From assembly GCA_964658305.1 (NCBI GenBank), contig OZ210885.1, positions 15,190,001 through 15,254,000 of the forward strand: DNA of 64,000 nucleotides. Direction: 5' to 3'. Under the pieces are notes generated by a model, which made no database searches, was not told where the DNA came from, and saw only the letters and a program-made list of their open reading frames with translations. The stretch is from Leptogorgia sarmentosa. Lineage: Eukaryota. The position numbers were made by a program, and so were the translations under genes. Within the stretch, counting starts at the first letter, position 1; every line of letters begins with the position of its first letter. This document shows positions 25,990 through 38,000 of this stretch, piece after piece.

Positions 25990-27560
25990 ATTCTTGTGAC
26001 AGAAGGATCCCCTTTAACTCAGCAGCATGTCTCAAGGGAGAGGATGGTTGTAGAACTGAATCTCCTCTATAAAAGCTCCCTTCAATGTTTGTTGGAATAC
26101 TAATCTAAAAGTAAAAAAGTAAATAATTGTGCACGAATAAAACTCACCTGAATATAACTCACCAGAAAGTTCACAGATGGGGTTAGTGTGCACTTGGAGA
26201 AATCATGATCACCAACAGACATTACTTGGTTTGGGCCGAGGATCACCTGCTTTCCCCTCTCAGCAGCTGCAAGCGGATAACCTGGCTCACCTACCTTTAC
26301 CTTATGTTTGTCATCCATGCTTACTAATAACACCAATTCTTTGTGCAGGATGGCAAACTCGCGCAAGTACCTCCAGGTGGCTGCACAATAATGGTTGTCT
26401 ACGTGGTTTGCCCTTATCTGAAAGCAGCGGAGTCGCCAATAAACGCGAATGCATTCATGAACTGCTTCTTCATGATACGCCTTTCGTAAACAGGAATTTC
26501 TGACTCAATAACACATAAAACTTGGCTGCATTGATTGATAAGAGCGCTTTCGGAGTCTTTTACCCCACCTTCCAAACGAAATGTAAACTGGGCTTACTAC
26601 CTCCAACGTGATGAACATAATGATAATTTTAATGATAGACCTGCATGGGTCAATTTATCAATAATTTCATGCACTCTGCGTCGACCGCACATTGTAAGGA
26701 ACTCTTACACTGCAAGAGGGACATACAAATCCTTGGATGAAAGCTCATTGTCAAGGCCTAGCAACGAGTTGTGCACAGGGCATAATTTTTTCTCAATAAC
26801 GGTAACGTTCGTCTCGATTTCTAGTCGACTACATGGGGTTTCGCTGAACATCTTCGTTCTCACTCTTTGGTTTCTTAATCGTAGGCAATACTGTCAGAAC
26901 TAGAACTAAGTTTAGGATATCTACCTTAACCTGTCCCCAAAGCATCACATCGAGATAATGTTGCCCTTGAATTATTTCTCGCATCTGAATGGCTAAATTT
27001 TCCAGTTTCTATTCCAAAAGGTTGCTTAGAGTTCTTTTTTTGTGCTTCGATTGTTCGGAATGATTAAATCCGGAAAAACGCCTTTAAAAACTGGGGGAAC
27101 CAAAGTTTCCTTTGAAATGGTAGACTCGATTTTATCACACTCGCCACCAATGTAAAAGAGAATGTCACACAATCTTGAGACAAAGTGCATGCTCCCTTAC
27201 CAGGTAAATTTCCTTTGTCTGGGAAATGGCACCCTTCCTCTTCAAAGAATGAAATCACTGTATTTTTTATTTTATCAATGTTAGTTTTTGGATCACGAAC
27301 AAGCTCATATTGGTCGCATCCCAAACACTCATATTGGTCTCAATGTCCCCAGTTACTTTTTCTTGGTGGGACAGTGCAGCACTTGCAGTTGCTTCCTTCA
27401 ACTGAAAACTTTGCATGGTAGGGCTAACTGAAATGCAGTGGCCAATGAACCATCTCGAATGTCAAGCCAAAATTAACCGTAAGTGTCTCGTGCAAAAGGC
27501 AATTTTATAAACTTCCACGGGCTTAATATCCTTCCGTTGTGGTCAATTACCTGAACAGCA
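25990..27560 (-). pseudogene. Decayed transposase-like gene of unassigned family
   Basis: SMDDKHKVKVGEPG..GDHDFSKCTLTPSV followed by a splice donor and PLRHAAEL-like sequence; scattered remnants up to about 27560. Confidence 0.45.
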
Positions 27561-28260
27561 ACTTGTTTTTCCATCTGGGAGGACCATATATAAATATATA
27601 TATATAAAAAATATTGTGATAAATACTCAGGGCGCGACTCCTAAATTAATCAGTCCCAGGACTTTTTCACGCGGCCAATCTGGCGGCCACCTTTGTACAA
27701 AAGCCGTGTAACTGGTCTCAGTATTGCCTTTTATTACGTGTCAAATACAAATTTTACAACAATTTGCAAAGAAAAAGGGAAACAATACACTGCCCTGTTC
27801 AAAACAACTTACGAACAACATGTACAACGCCTATAGGGGCTGCTTTATTCAACTCCGCCTATAGGTACCCAGACAACAATGTTTAAAAGGCTTAAAAAGA
27901 AGCTGTAGACAAGCACAGGACGTGATTTTTTCACTGCCTCACCTAAAAAGCACGCCAATGTAGTAAAATAATAACTTTAAAGACACATGCAACGTTTCTA
28001 TATGGGTCTTTTTTGAGGATATTCAACAAAAAATATTACACTGTCATTTCTGTCAATTCTGAAACACAGTGACTAAAATTGGCAGTATGAACATATCTTT
28101 TTCAATATTTAAATATCCATACCTTTGAAGACAATGTGGGCATATGAAGATTGAGCAATTAATAGGGAGAAGTCGATTTATAAAAACACAACTGCCTGTC
28201 ATTTCGTAGTATTATGGAAACCAAGGGCAAAAACACAAGGTCGTGCAACATGGTACACAG

Positions 28261-29131
28261 CATAGATATAGGAAGTCTAGATTGCTGACTCCATATAAAA
28301 TGCGTGGCAACTTTTGAAAATCCAAGATGGCTGCTCAACCGGTCAAATTAATAGGAGCTAGTATAGGGAAAACCATGTTTTTCCCATTTTACGTTTCCCA
28401 TTCCCGTTTCCGATCACGTTCTAGCAACATTTTTTGGAAATAACTACCCGTGCTGAAGGTTTTGGATGAAAATCGTGCAATTTGAATGGAATTAACCCCG
28501 AAATAATCGATCGTAAAGTGCTGCCAAAACAGTCACTTGACTTGGTTCGAGACATTTCAGGTCAAGAATGAAGCTTTTGGATAACTTTGAGGTGTTGGAA
28601 TATTCTATAGGACTTCTGTGAAAGATAAGAAATAGAAAGCGGCGTGTTGGGAGAGAAACAGGAAGCGATTTGTCGTCCACAATTCTCACTGTATATTTAA
28701 TCGGCGTTTCGGCGACCAAGTTGTCTGTGAAGGGAATTCATCCAAGAGGCCAAAGTTTACAAAACATATTCTTTCTGGCAACGATTAGTTCAAGAAAAAT
28801 AAGTTAGTTACCGGTTGATAGGCTCGAACGTCTTGAACGAACAATGTGACTGCCTTGGCAGCACTTTACAATCAATTATTTCGGGTTTAATTCCATTCAA
28901 ATTGCACGATTTTCATCCAAAACCTTCAGCACGGGTAGTTATTTCCAAAAAATGGTGCTAGAATGTGATCGGAAACGTTATGCGGTGGTAAGATGCGAAA
29001 AACATGGTTTTTCCTATACTAGTTCCTATTAATTTGACCAGTTGAGCAGCCATCTTGGATTGCTCATGTTTGCCACATGCGTCAGCATATAATTATTCTA
29101 CAGTCAGCAATCTAGGCTTCCTATATCTATG
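28261..29131. mobile_element. P-element-like MITE with long TIRs
   Basis: Ends CATAGATATAGGAAG / CTTCCTATATCTATG; inverted similarity extends about 260 bp; perfect 8-bp TSD GTACACAG (28253-28260 and 29132-29139). Confidence 0.9.
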
Positions 29132-29989
29132 GTACACAGTCACATCATCGATGGTCTGGGGCCGAGAGTCAACAATGGAGTCAACTGATTTATATTTTGT
29201 ATCAACCTCGTACCCAGGGCTTATTGGCTTCTCTGCGAAGCTATAAGCCCTGGTGCAAGCCAAACCGGAAGTGATTTGATTGGTCGTTTGAATTTGAATG
29301 CAATGGAATGTGGATCTGGAACACATTGTGCCAGAGTCGCAGAATGCAAAGTGAAATAGAAATATATAAACATACGGAAAATGTGAGTTAATACCATGAT
29401 TATTACCAATAATCAATATAAAACCTGCTTATAGATAATGTAATGTATAGCTAGTTGACAGACTTTGGATACAACAACAATAGGCCGTCACCTGTTGCAT
29501 GCTATTGTTCAAGTTTGTTGCACATATCGCGAGGCTAAGAAATTCTTTCATCATTTAATGTATTTACCTCTCCTGTGTTCAGAAATGTCAAGCCCCCATT
29601 CACAATTGTGCACAAGAAGTAGAAAATTAACATTAAACATGTGCCATTTACCATCTCTGCGATTAACTGCCATTTTGAATTTTATAACAATCTGCTCAGT
29701 ATCATCTAGGCAACAGTTACTTTTGCCTGCGATTGGGCAGCATGGCCACCATAAATTGTCTTTAGAATTTAAAACAATTGAGGTTTTTTTCATGACAAAT
29801 TGTTTTTAAAATCAATGAAATGGTGTAAATCTAAAATTATCCAAGTGTTTTATTCATTTTAACGATGTATTACAAGCTCTTATGCAAGTTACAAGCCAGC
29901 GCTAATCGAAATTTATAACTTGCCGAAAAAGATGGGTCCGGCTAGAAGGGGAAAAATCGGACATTTGTCGAAAATCATACGGTTTTTTT

Positions 29990-31829
29990 ACTGACGAATT
30001 GGTCAATCTTGTCAGTCAGCTTGACATGAAAGAACTGATGAAATACAATTCCCTGCACCATTAGCAACTAGTGACAGGAGTCTCGTAAAACCCTAAAGTG
30101 CAAACTTATTCACGAATTATTACAACGCAATAACCGCAGTTCTACGACTTCCGGAAAAACCAATGTCTTATTGATTGATGGACTAGCTCTACTAAAATCG
30201 ACGAATGATATTCCACAGACTTTTGGAAGATTAGCTGAGAAAATTCTACATAGTATCGTTGGTTCTGCAAGAATGGTTAATGTGAAGAATTTGGATTTCG
30301 TATGCGACACATACCCCACTATTAGCATCAAGAATATAGGGAGAGTCAGGAGATCATCGGCGGGTGTTACGCGAATTCGCATTGGTAGCACGAGCCAAAA
30401 GTTCTTGTCTTCAGGAGAAAGACGTCTTTGGTTGAATTTATTTTCCAGTAACCTTCACATGCTTAGCGGTAAGGGCCATTCACATCGAGCTCCTGGAATC
30501 TATGAACACGTCTTGCTTCATCAATGCCCTACGAAGATTCTTTGCAATCAGAGGGCCTGCTGTTCAGCTTCGCTGCGACAACGGCACTAACTTCGTGGGG
30601 GCTCGAAACAAGCTGAACGCCACCTTTAAGGAGATGGATACAGAAGTCGTCACCAACTACCTCAGTCAACAGCAGTGCGAATGGATCCTTAATCCTCCAC
30701 ACGGTTCCCACTGTGGCGGTGTGTGGGGACGAATGATCAGAAGAAATATGTGGTATACATATGTTTTCACACATGGTTCTGACTGCCATGAATTATATGT
30801 TGATTGCAACAATGCTTTACATGTGAATGTCGTCCAAGAGCTGTTCTCAAATCAAGAAGAGGCAGATACCAGATTGATTCTCCACGCGCACCATGCTTCC
30901 TCCGACTACGAGACCACTACAGACTGACACAGATGTCTTCATCTTGTTGTTACATCATAGGACTGAACTAAGCACATTAGTAATTTTTGATACTGGGTCT
31001 GGTAATAACAGAAAGTTAATCGATGTCGGCGAAATGTATGATATAGGTTCCCAATTGTCCAAACCACTTATTGGCTTCCATGCCTTTACTGGTTAGTGCT
31101 ATATATCCAGCTTATTATGTATATTTTCCCAAGTTATCGTGCTGGCATTAAGTAGTGGGTATGCCATCTTTAAAAATTACAAAAATGGTATTTCTTTTCT
31201 GTTTTCAGGATGCGATAGTACCAGCGTGTTTCAAGGAAAGGGGAAGTTGACCTGCCTCAAGTTGTTAGAACAGAATCCTAATTTTGTAGATTAATTCACC
31301 AATCTCGGATCTTGCTTTACACCAACTTCGAATTTGGAACAGGAACTTGAAGTTTTCGTGTGTCGTCTTTACAAGCAAGATGTTGACACCGTCAATGATG
31401 CAAGGTTCAAGCTATTCTGTTTGGGAAAATATGCTGGTAATCAAATGCCATGTACGAAGGATGCTCTCGGTAAGCATGTTAAACGAGATGCTTATCCAGC
31501 AGCCATCTGGCACAGAGCACTACAACCTGTTGTGGAGTATTCAGAGATCACCAACCATGGCTGGCTGGTAGAAAATGAAACGGATGTGAAAATCGATTGG
31601 ATGGATCTTCTGCCGGCTCCAGATGGTATTTTAGAAAATGTAGATTGTGCCTGTAAGAAAGGATGCTCCACTAATCGCTGCTCATGCTTTAAAGCAGGCT
31701 TACAGTGTACAAGCATGTGCAAATGCCAAGATTGCACAAATGCAAAATGCAACGAAGATGAAGAAAGTGACAGTGAGCAGCTGTTTCGACAGTGATGAAG
31801 AAAGTGTTGGGGAATCTGATTGGGACTGA
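29990..31829 (+). pseudogene. Academ-like (XPG/PIN nuclease plus Cys-rich tail) transposon protein, C-terminal remnant
   Basis: LIDGLALL, DFVCDTY, QEEADTRLILH, DTDVFILL, HAFTG|CDSTS..GKGK (intron 31092-31208), C-terminal CACKKGCSTNRCSC..CTSMCKC. Confidence 0.7.
30451..30742 (+). mobile_element. BEL/Pao integrase fragment embedded in the Academ-like gene
   Basis: FTCLAVRAIHIEL..FINALRRFFAIRG..CDNGTNFVGA..NPPHGSHCGGVWGRMI; no flanking LTRs. Confidence 0.85.
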
Positions 31830-32444
31830 TATGGAGCTATGCGTGCTCAAATGAGCGAAGATTTTGTAATAAAATATATTAAAATCTCATTATGTGGTTG
31901 TTCTTAGAATTTTCCCTCTTACTATATCATTTTCAGTGTAATTTAATGATAATAATTAATTTTGATGGATTTTGCCATCGAATCTTCTTAATCCGAAATA
32001 TGTCAAATATTGCATGGGAGTATTATACAGAGATCGAATATAAACTTTGAACATCATTGTGTTGAAGGTATGTTCAACATTAGTAAACTGTAGCCAGTGC
32101 GATATGTGCAACCCTGCGATCGAATAGTCTCACACAGCAAGTTCATATATTGGGCCCATGCAGGAAGCATACTTCGTGCGGCGTCATGTCTGATGTTCGC
32201 CATTTGCAAATAGTTCGAACTTCGAAGCAAGCAAGTTTATAAATCGTTTAAAAATATTGTACTTTTTTTTCTTATTTTCTATCCTACTTTTGTCGCCATT
32301 TTATACGGAAACCTATCTTGATCTGGTAAGTGTAAAATGACACTTGATAAATTCACCAGTCTGAATTACAGCAGGTTTTACGGGTTGTTTGGAGCCGTGG
32401 GTATCAACAGCGTTTTAAAAAAGAATCGAGTGAATCGATCCCCA

Positions 32445-32700
32445 CTTCGGAGGGCAAATGAACTACCTCTTCGGAGTGCAAATGAACAACCTCTTCGGAG
32501 GGCAAATGAACAACCTCTTCGGAGGGCAAATGAACAACCTCTTCGGAGGGCAAATGAACAACCTCTTCGGAGGGCAAATGAACAACCTCTTCGGAGGGCA
32601 AATGAACAAACCTCTTTGGAGGGCAAATGAACAACCTCTTCGGAGGGCAAATGAACAACCTCTTCGGAGGGCAAATGAACAACCTCTTCGGAGGGCAAAT
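32445..32700 (+). repeat. 24-bp coding minisatellite (RRANEQPL), about 10 copies
   Basis: Unit CTTCGGAGGGCAAATGAACAACCT; one unit has a +1 insertion. Confidence 0.95.
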
Positions 32701-33060
32701 AAATGTTCAGATTATTGTGCAGATAGAGTGTCTGTAAGGAAATTGACAAAACAATTACATGTGAAACGGCGGAGTCGAGACCGTGAACCTTCGAGATTGG
32801 CTTTAAAGAGGATTGTAGTAGCTTTGAGAAGGAGAAAAAATAGATCGTTTCTGAAGCATTACTTTTTAAATTCTGTTCCAAAGTCATCTTTTTTGGGCAC
32901 AATAGCTAGTCATTACAAGATATGTTGTTTTCAATTTGTACATGTGCAATATATTTTTATAAAGTCATTTTTATACTTTAAACCATCTGTGAATTGTGGT
33001 TCGAATAGTCAATTAAAAGATTATATATATACCAACCAGCATAATGTATCGCAAAAGAAA

Positions 33061-33099
33061 CTTATTTTGTCAGGAGATATTGAATGAAATCCTGGTCCA
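33061..33099 (+). other. 2A-like (StopGo) motif LILSGDIE*NPGP, with the X codon mutated to TGA
   Basis: CTT ATT TTG TCA GGA GAT ATT GAA TGA AAT CCT GGT CCA, in frame with both the upstream ORF 32458 and the OTU ORF 33112. Confidence 0.75.
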
Positions 33100-33472
33100 T
33101 CATATAACGTAGTGTTAGAACAAAGATTACAAAGCTTTCGCTTAATACCATATGATGTGGGTGGTGATGGCGACTGCTTCTTTCGGGCAGTGTCACATCA
33201 GTTATTTGGTGAACCTGAGCACCACTTACAAGTTAGGGCAGGCGGTATTGCATACATGAGAGATAACCCTGAAAGATTCATTGAAAGTAACACTGAACAC
33301 TCCTGGTTAGAATACCTTAATAATATGTCTATGCAAGGGACATGGAGTGATAATATGATAATACAAGCTGTAGCTGACCAGCTTAATTTGAAGATTGTTA
33401 TTGCTGAGACACATGAACAATTCAGTGAATACAGTATAGTTGAAGCAGTATCATCGACACAGCAACTAACTG

Positions 33473-33712
33473 GGGCCGGTTGTTCGAAAGGTGGATAGCG
33501 CTATCCATTGGATAGCGATTTTTTCAAGCTTCCTAAAACAACCCGTTGATCACTCTTATTTAGATTAAACTTTGATATTTTAAAGTTGGACTTTCTCTCA
33601 ATTACTTGCCAGGCCCACATCTGCAATTTCATAGCTTTTTGAACATTTTTACAACGGTTGAAAAAATCGCTATCCAGTGGATAAAGTTATCCGACTTTCG
33701 AACAACCGGCCC
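33473..33712. mobile_element. PIF/Harbinger-like MITE in the OTU domain
   Basis: TIR GGGCCGGTTGTTCGAAAG; 3-bp TSD CTG; removal restores QQLT-EVYLGHIDEYHY. Confidence 0.9.
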
Positions 33713-33971
33713 CTGAAGTCTATTTGGGACATATAGATGAATATCATTATGTATCAACATTACCATATTTTTCAGTGTCTGGTATTACCAGAAATGAAAA
33801 AGTAGAGAAAAATAAAAACAATGAGATAAGTTGTAATCAAAGTACTAGCAACAGAAAAGAAAATATTAACACTTTAAGTGGTGAATATTCAACATTGAAA
33901 CGAAGACAAGCTAATAAGAGGTTCCAACAACCAATACTGAATACAGAGTCAAAACAAAAGAAAATACACTA

Positions 33972-34742
33972 CAGGGTGTATCAAAAAAAAGTTTACTCGC
34001 GAAAAATGTCTTTTAGGCCGAAGCGCACGCACCCCATTGCAAACCATTGGTATATCTAAGTAGTTTGAGCCCTTCGGATACATCCTACACTAAAAGTTTG
34101 CAGAAAACGACCATTTTACGACTACGAAAAGTGTTATAAAAAGCCGTAGTAAAAATGGCTTGCGCGAAAAAATGTGAGGCGAAAAATGCAATATGATTTG
34201 ACAGCCTAAATCTATCGAACAAGTTTCATAAGTTATTCAAGTTTTGAGAAATTTGGTGCACGCCGAGACGAACGTGCGATGTCCGAAAACTGGATTTTCC
34301 GCAATTTCATCGCGTAATTACGTACCTTTGGGAATTAGCTTCCAATTTGCATTGGTAATTAATGCAAATATCCAATTATGCATAAATTAGTCGGTAATCA
34401 CGCAGGAAAGAACGCAAAATCCAGTTTTCGGACATCGCACGTTCGTCTCAATGTGCACCAAATTTCTCAAAACTTGAATAACTTATGAAACTTGTTCGAT
34501 AGATTTAGGCTGTCAAATCAAATTGCATTTTTCGCCTCACATTTTTTCGCGCAAGCCATTTTTACTACGACTTTTTATAACACTTTTCGTAGTCGTAAAA
34601 TGGTTGTTTTCTGCAAACTTTTAGTGTAGGATGTATCCGAAGGGCTCAAACTACTTAGATATACCAATGGTTTGCAATGGGGTGCGTGCGCTTCAGCCTA
34701 AAAGACATTTTTCGCGAGTAAACTTTTTTTTGATACACCCTG
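33972..34742. mobile_element. Tc1/mariner-like foldback MITE
   Basis: CAGGGTGTATCAAAAAAAAG TIRs extending about 340 bp; TA TSD; removal restores KIHY-MREY. Confidence 0.92.
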
Positions 34743-34745
34743 TAT

Positions 34746-35042
34746 ATGAGAGAGTACAGAAAACGAAAACAAGCTAGTAAGAGTTTCCAACCACCAATTC
34801 AGAGTGCTGAATTTAAAGAAAGGAAAAAACAGTATATGAGAGAGTACAGGCAACAAAAACAAGCTAGTAAGAGTTTCCAACCACCAGTTCAGAGTGCTGA
34901 ATTTAAAGAAAGGAGAAAACAGTATATGAGAGAGTACAGGGAACAAAAACAAGCTAGTAAGAGTTTCCAACCATCAGTTCAGAGTGCTGAATTTAAAGAA
35001 AGGAGAAAACAGTATATGAAAGAGTATATGAGAGAGTACAGA
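34746..35042 (+). repeat. 90-bp coding tandem repeat (30 aa, about 3.3 copies)
   Basis: MREYR..KQASKSFQPPVQSAEFKERRKQY starting at 34746, 34836 and 34926. Confidence 0.95.
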
Positions 35043-38000
35043 AAAAATTGTGAACCACTACTGGAAAGTTTAATTGCTAAATTTCATGATGTGGTCTCAC
35101 AAGGTCCGGTATATATTTGTACTTGTTGCGACCAATTATGGTATAAGCACAGTGTTATTCCTGCTGCAAAACTAAAGGAAAGTAATCCTGATATTCAGAA
35201 AATACTTTTGAATAAAACAAGTGTTGACAATGTTGAGTGGTTGTGTAAAACATGTAATAAGCACTTAAAAAGCAATAAAGTGGCTCCCTGTGCAGTGGTA
35301 AATGGGATGCAATTCCCATTAAAGCCTGAGTTTTTTTATTTGAATGAATTAGAATGTAGATTACTTGCTCCGCGACTTGCATTTCAGAAATTAATGCAAG
35401 CCCCTCGAGGTAAACAATTTAAAATAAATGGGAATATTGTTAATGTTCCAGCAGATGTTGCTAATACTGTAACCATGTTGCCAAGGTTACCAAACGAGAC
35501 CAGTACCATTAAGGTTAACCTTAAGAGAAGATTGCAATATAAAAGTTCAGCTCTGTCACTTAATGTAAGACCTTATAAAGTAGCAGAAGCCGCCAAATGG
35601 CTTGTTGATAATGGTGAGCTTTATAGAGATGAATGTGTAACTTTCAATGATACTTGGCTTCAAAGTACCTTGAATGTTTTCTCGGTAGATGATAGTCAGA
35701 GTTTGGAAAATGTAGACAATAGCACAATAGCAACAAATAATAATACACATTGTACAATCCAGCAAACTACTGATGATGAAGATCACTGGAGTGAAGATGA
35801 GGCAGAAATACCTGCTGGAGTCACTGACACTATGTTAACTGCTCCAGATTTTGTGACTAATGATGAACGTCAATATATTTTAAATGTTGCACCTGGTGAG
35901 GGCAATAGACCTATGAGTATATTCAGAGATAGATACTCTGAGGAATTAGCATATCCGGGTATATTCCTTGGCCAGAAACGACCTGACAATACCAATAGAG
36001 TAACAGATGTTCACTACAGTGAAATTTGCAAGTCTGAGTTAAGAAGATCTGATCGAAGGGCTGCAATGTATGTTGAAAATATTTTCTTTAAAACAAAAAA
36101 GTTACAAATGAAGATTTTGCTAAGCCAAGCACAAGTTGCACTAAGAAAGTGCCATCGAAATGGTCAACTGAAACAGTCAGGGGCAATAGATAACATGATC
36201 CGTCACGATCAAGGATTTAAATTTTTAAGAGCATTAAGAGGTTCTCCTCCATATTTTGAAAAGGCAAAACGAGATATATTTGCAATGATTAGGCAGTTAG
36301 GTCCTGCATCATTATTCTGTAGTTTCTCATCCGCAGAAACACAATGGATTCATCTTTTGAGAATACTTGGTAAGGTTGTTGATAACAGAGAATACACTGA
36401 CAATGAACTTGAAAACCTTAACTGGGAAGAGAAAAGCAGGTTAATTCAGAGTGATCCAGTTACGTGTGCTAGACATTTTGATTATCAATTTAACCAGTTT
36501 ATTCAAAACTTTCTTTTAACTGAACTTGCACCTCTGGGAAAAATTGCAGACTGGTTCTATAGAGTCGAATATCAGCAAAGAGGGTCACCTCATATTCACA
36601 TGTTGATATGGTAAGAAAATGCCCCTAAATTTGGTGAAGATTGGGATTGTGATGTTGCTTCATTCATTGATCAAATAATTACATGTGAAAAGCCAGTTGA
36701 GAATTCACAATTAACTGCACTTGTAAACAGGCAAGTTCATCGCCATTCTCACACTTGTAGAAAGAAATCCAAAAGTGTATGTCGTTTTAATTACCCACAG
36801 CCACCTATGAGATCAACAGCAATTTTGTATCCATTAGATACTGTCGATATGGATGATAATGAACATGAACAACTTAAGAACACATGGGCGTTTATAAAAA
36901 ACATCTAAATGACATGAAAGAGGGTGAGGATATTACATTTGATCAGTTGCTAGTTAGTCTTAAACTGACAGAAAAAGACTTTGCTGGCTGTTAGATCCAG
37001 CCTCAAGGCACCAACTATATTCTTAAAAAGAAAACCCAATGAGCTAAGAATTAATAATTATAATGCTGCATGTCTAAGTGCATGGCGTGCAAATATGGAC
37101 ATTCAATTTGTACTTGATGTTTATGCATGTGCAATGTACATTGTGTCATATATCTCAAAAGCTCAGAAAGGCATCAGTGAGCTATTGAGGAACGCTTGTG
37201 GAGAAGCAAGGAACGGAAACTCCAGTATTAGACAACAAGTCCGAGATATTGGAAGTAAGGTCTTAAACAATGTTGAAATAAGTGCTCAAGAAGCAGTTTA
37301 CATTGTCTTGCAACTTCCAATGAGAAAATCGTCTCGTCAAGTAATATTTATAAATACTTCACCGCCAGAAGACAGAGTCCAATTACTCAAGTCTTTGAAA
37401 GAACTTAATGACTTACAAGATGACTCAGATGAAATCTATGCATCAGGTTTAATAAAGCGTTACACAAATCGACCAGTTAAGTTTGATAATTTGTCACTTG
37501 CTGATTGGGCTGCATGGTATGACTCTTCTGGTAAGCCGTACATGAAGCCATCAAAGCAACTAGATATTGATAATTATCTACTCGAGACAAACTTGGGTGA
37601 TATAAATGATGATGATAACAAGGATAATGAAATTAGTGAACCAAAAAATAAAAAGAGATCTAAAGCCAGAATTATTCGAAGTGTTTGCTACAATAAAGAA
37701 GTGGATTCTGAAAAGCATTACTGTGAACTGGTAATGTTGTTCGCGTCATGGCGGAATGAAACAACAGACTTACTAAAAAATTGCTCCTCTTACCAAGAGC
37801 GCTATCAACAAGTTAAAAATGGAATAGATGAGCAAATGAAACAGTATGCTATTTGCAGTGACGATCTGAATGAAATTCAGCAACAAATTAATAATGATGA
37901 AGAGAATAATAACTATGACTTGGTAGCTCCAGTAACACAGGATATTGAGCATCAAGATGAGTTCGAAGGTACACTAGACCTTAATCCAGAACTAAATGGA

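Noticed and set aside
29203..29290. Complete MITE starting CAACCTCGTACCCAGGGC
   Set aside because: Only one end with a small hairpin is visible; no partner TIR or TSD.
32445..32700. CRISPR-like array or separate antisense ORFs
   Set aside because: A plain 24-bp tandem repeat; the open frames on both strands are a by-product of the repeat.
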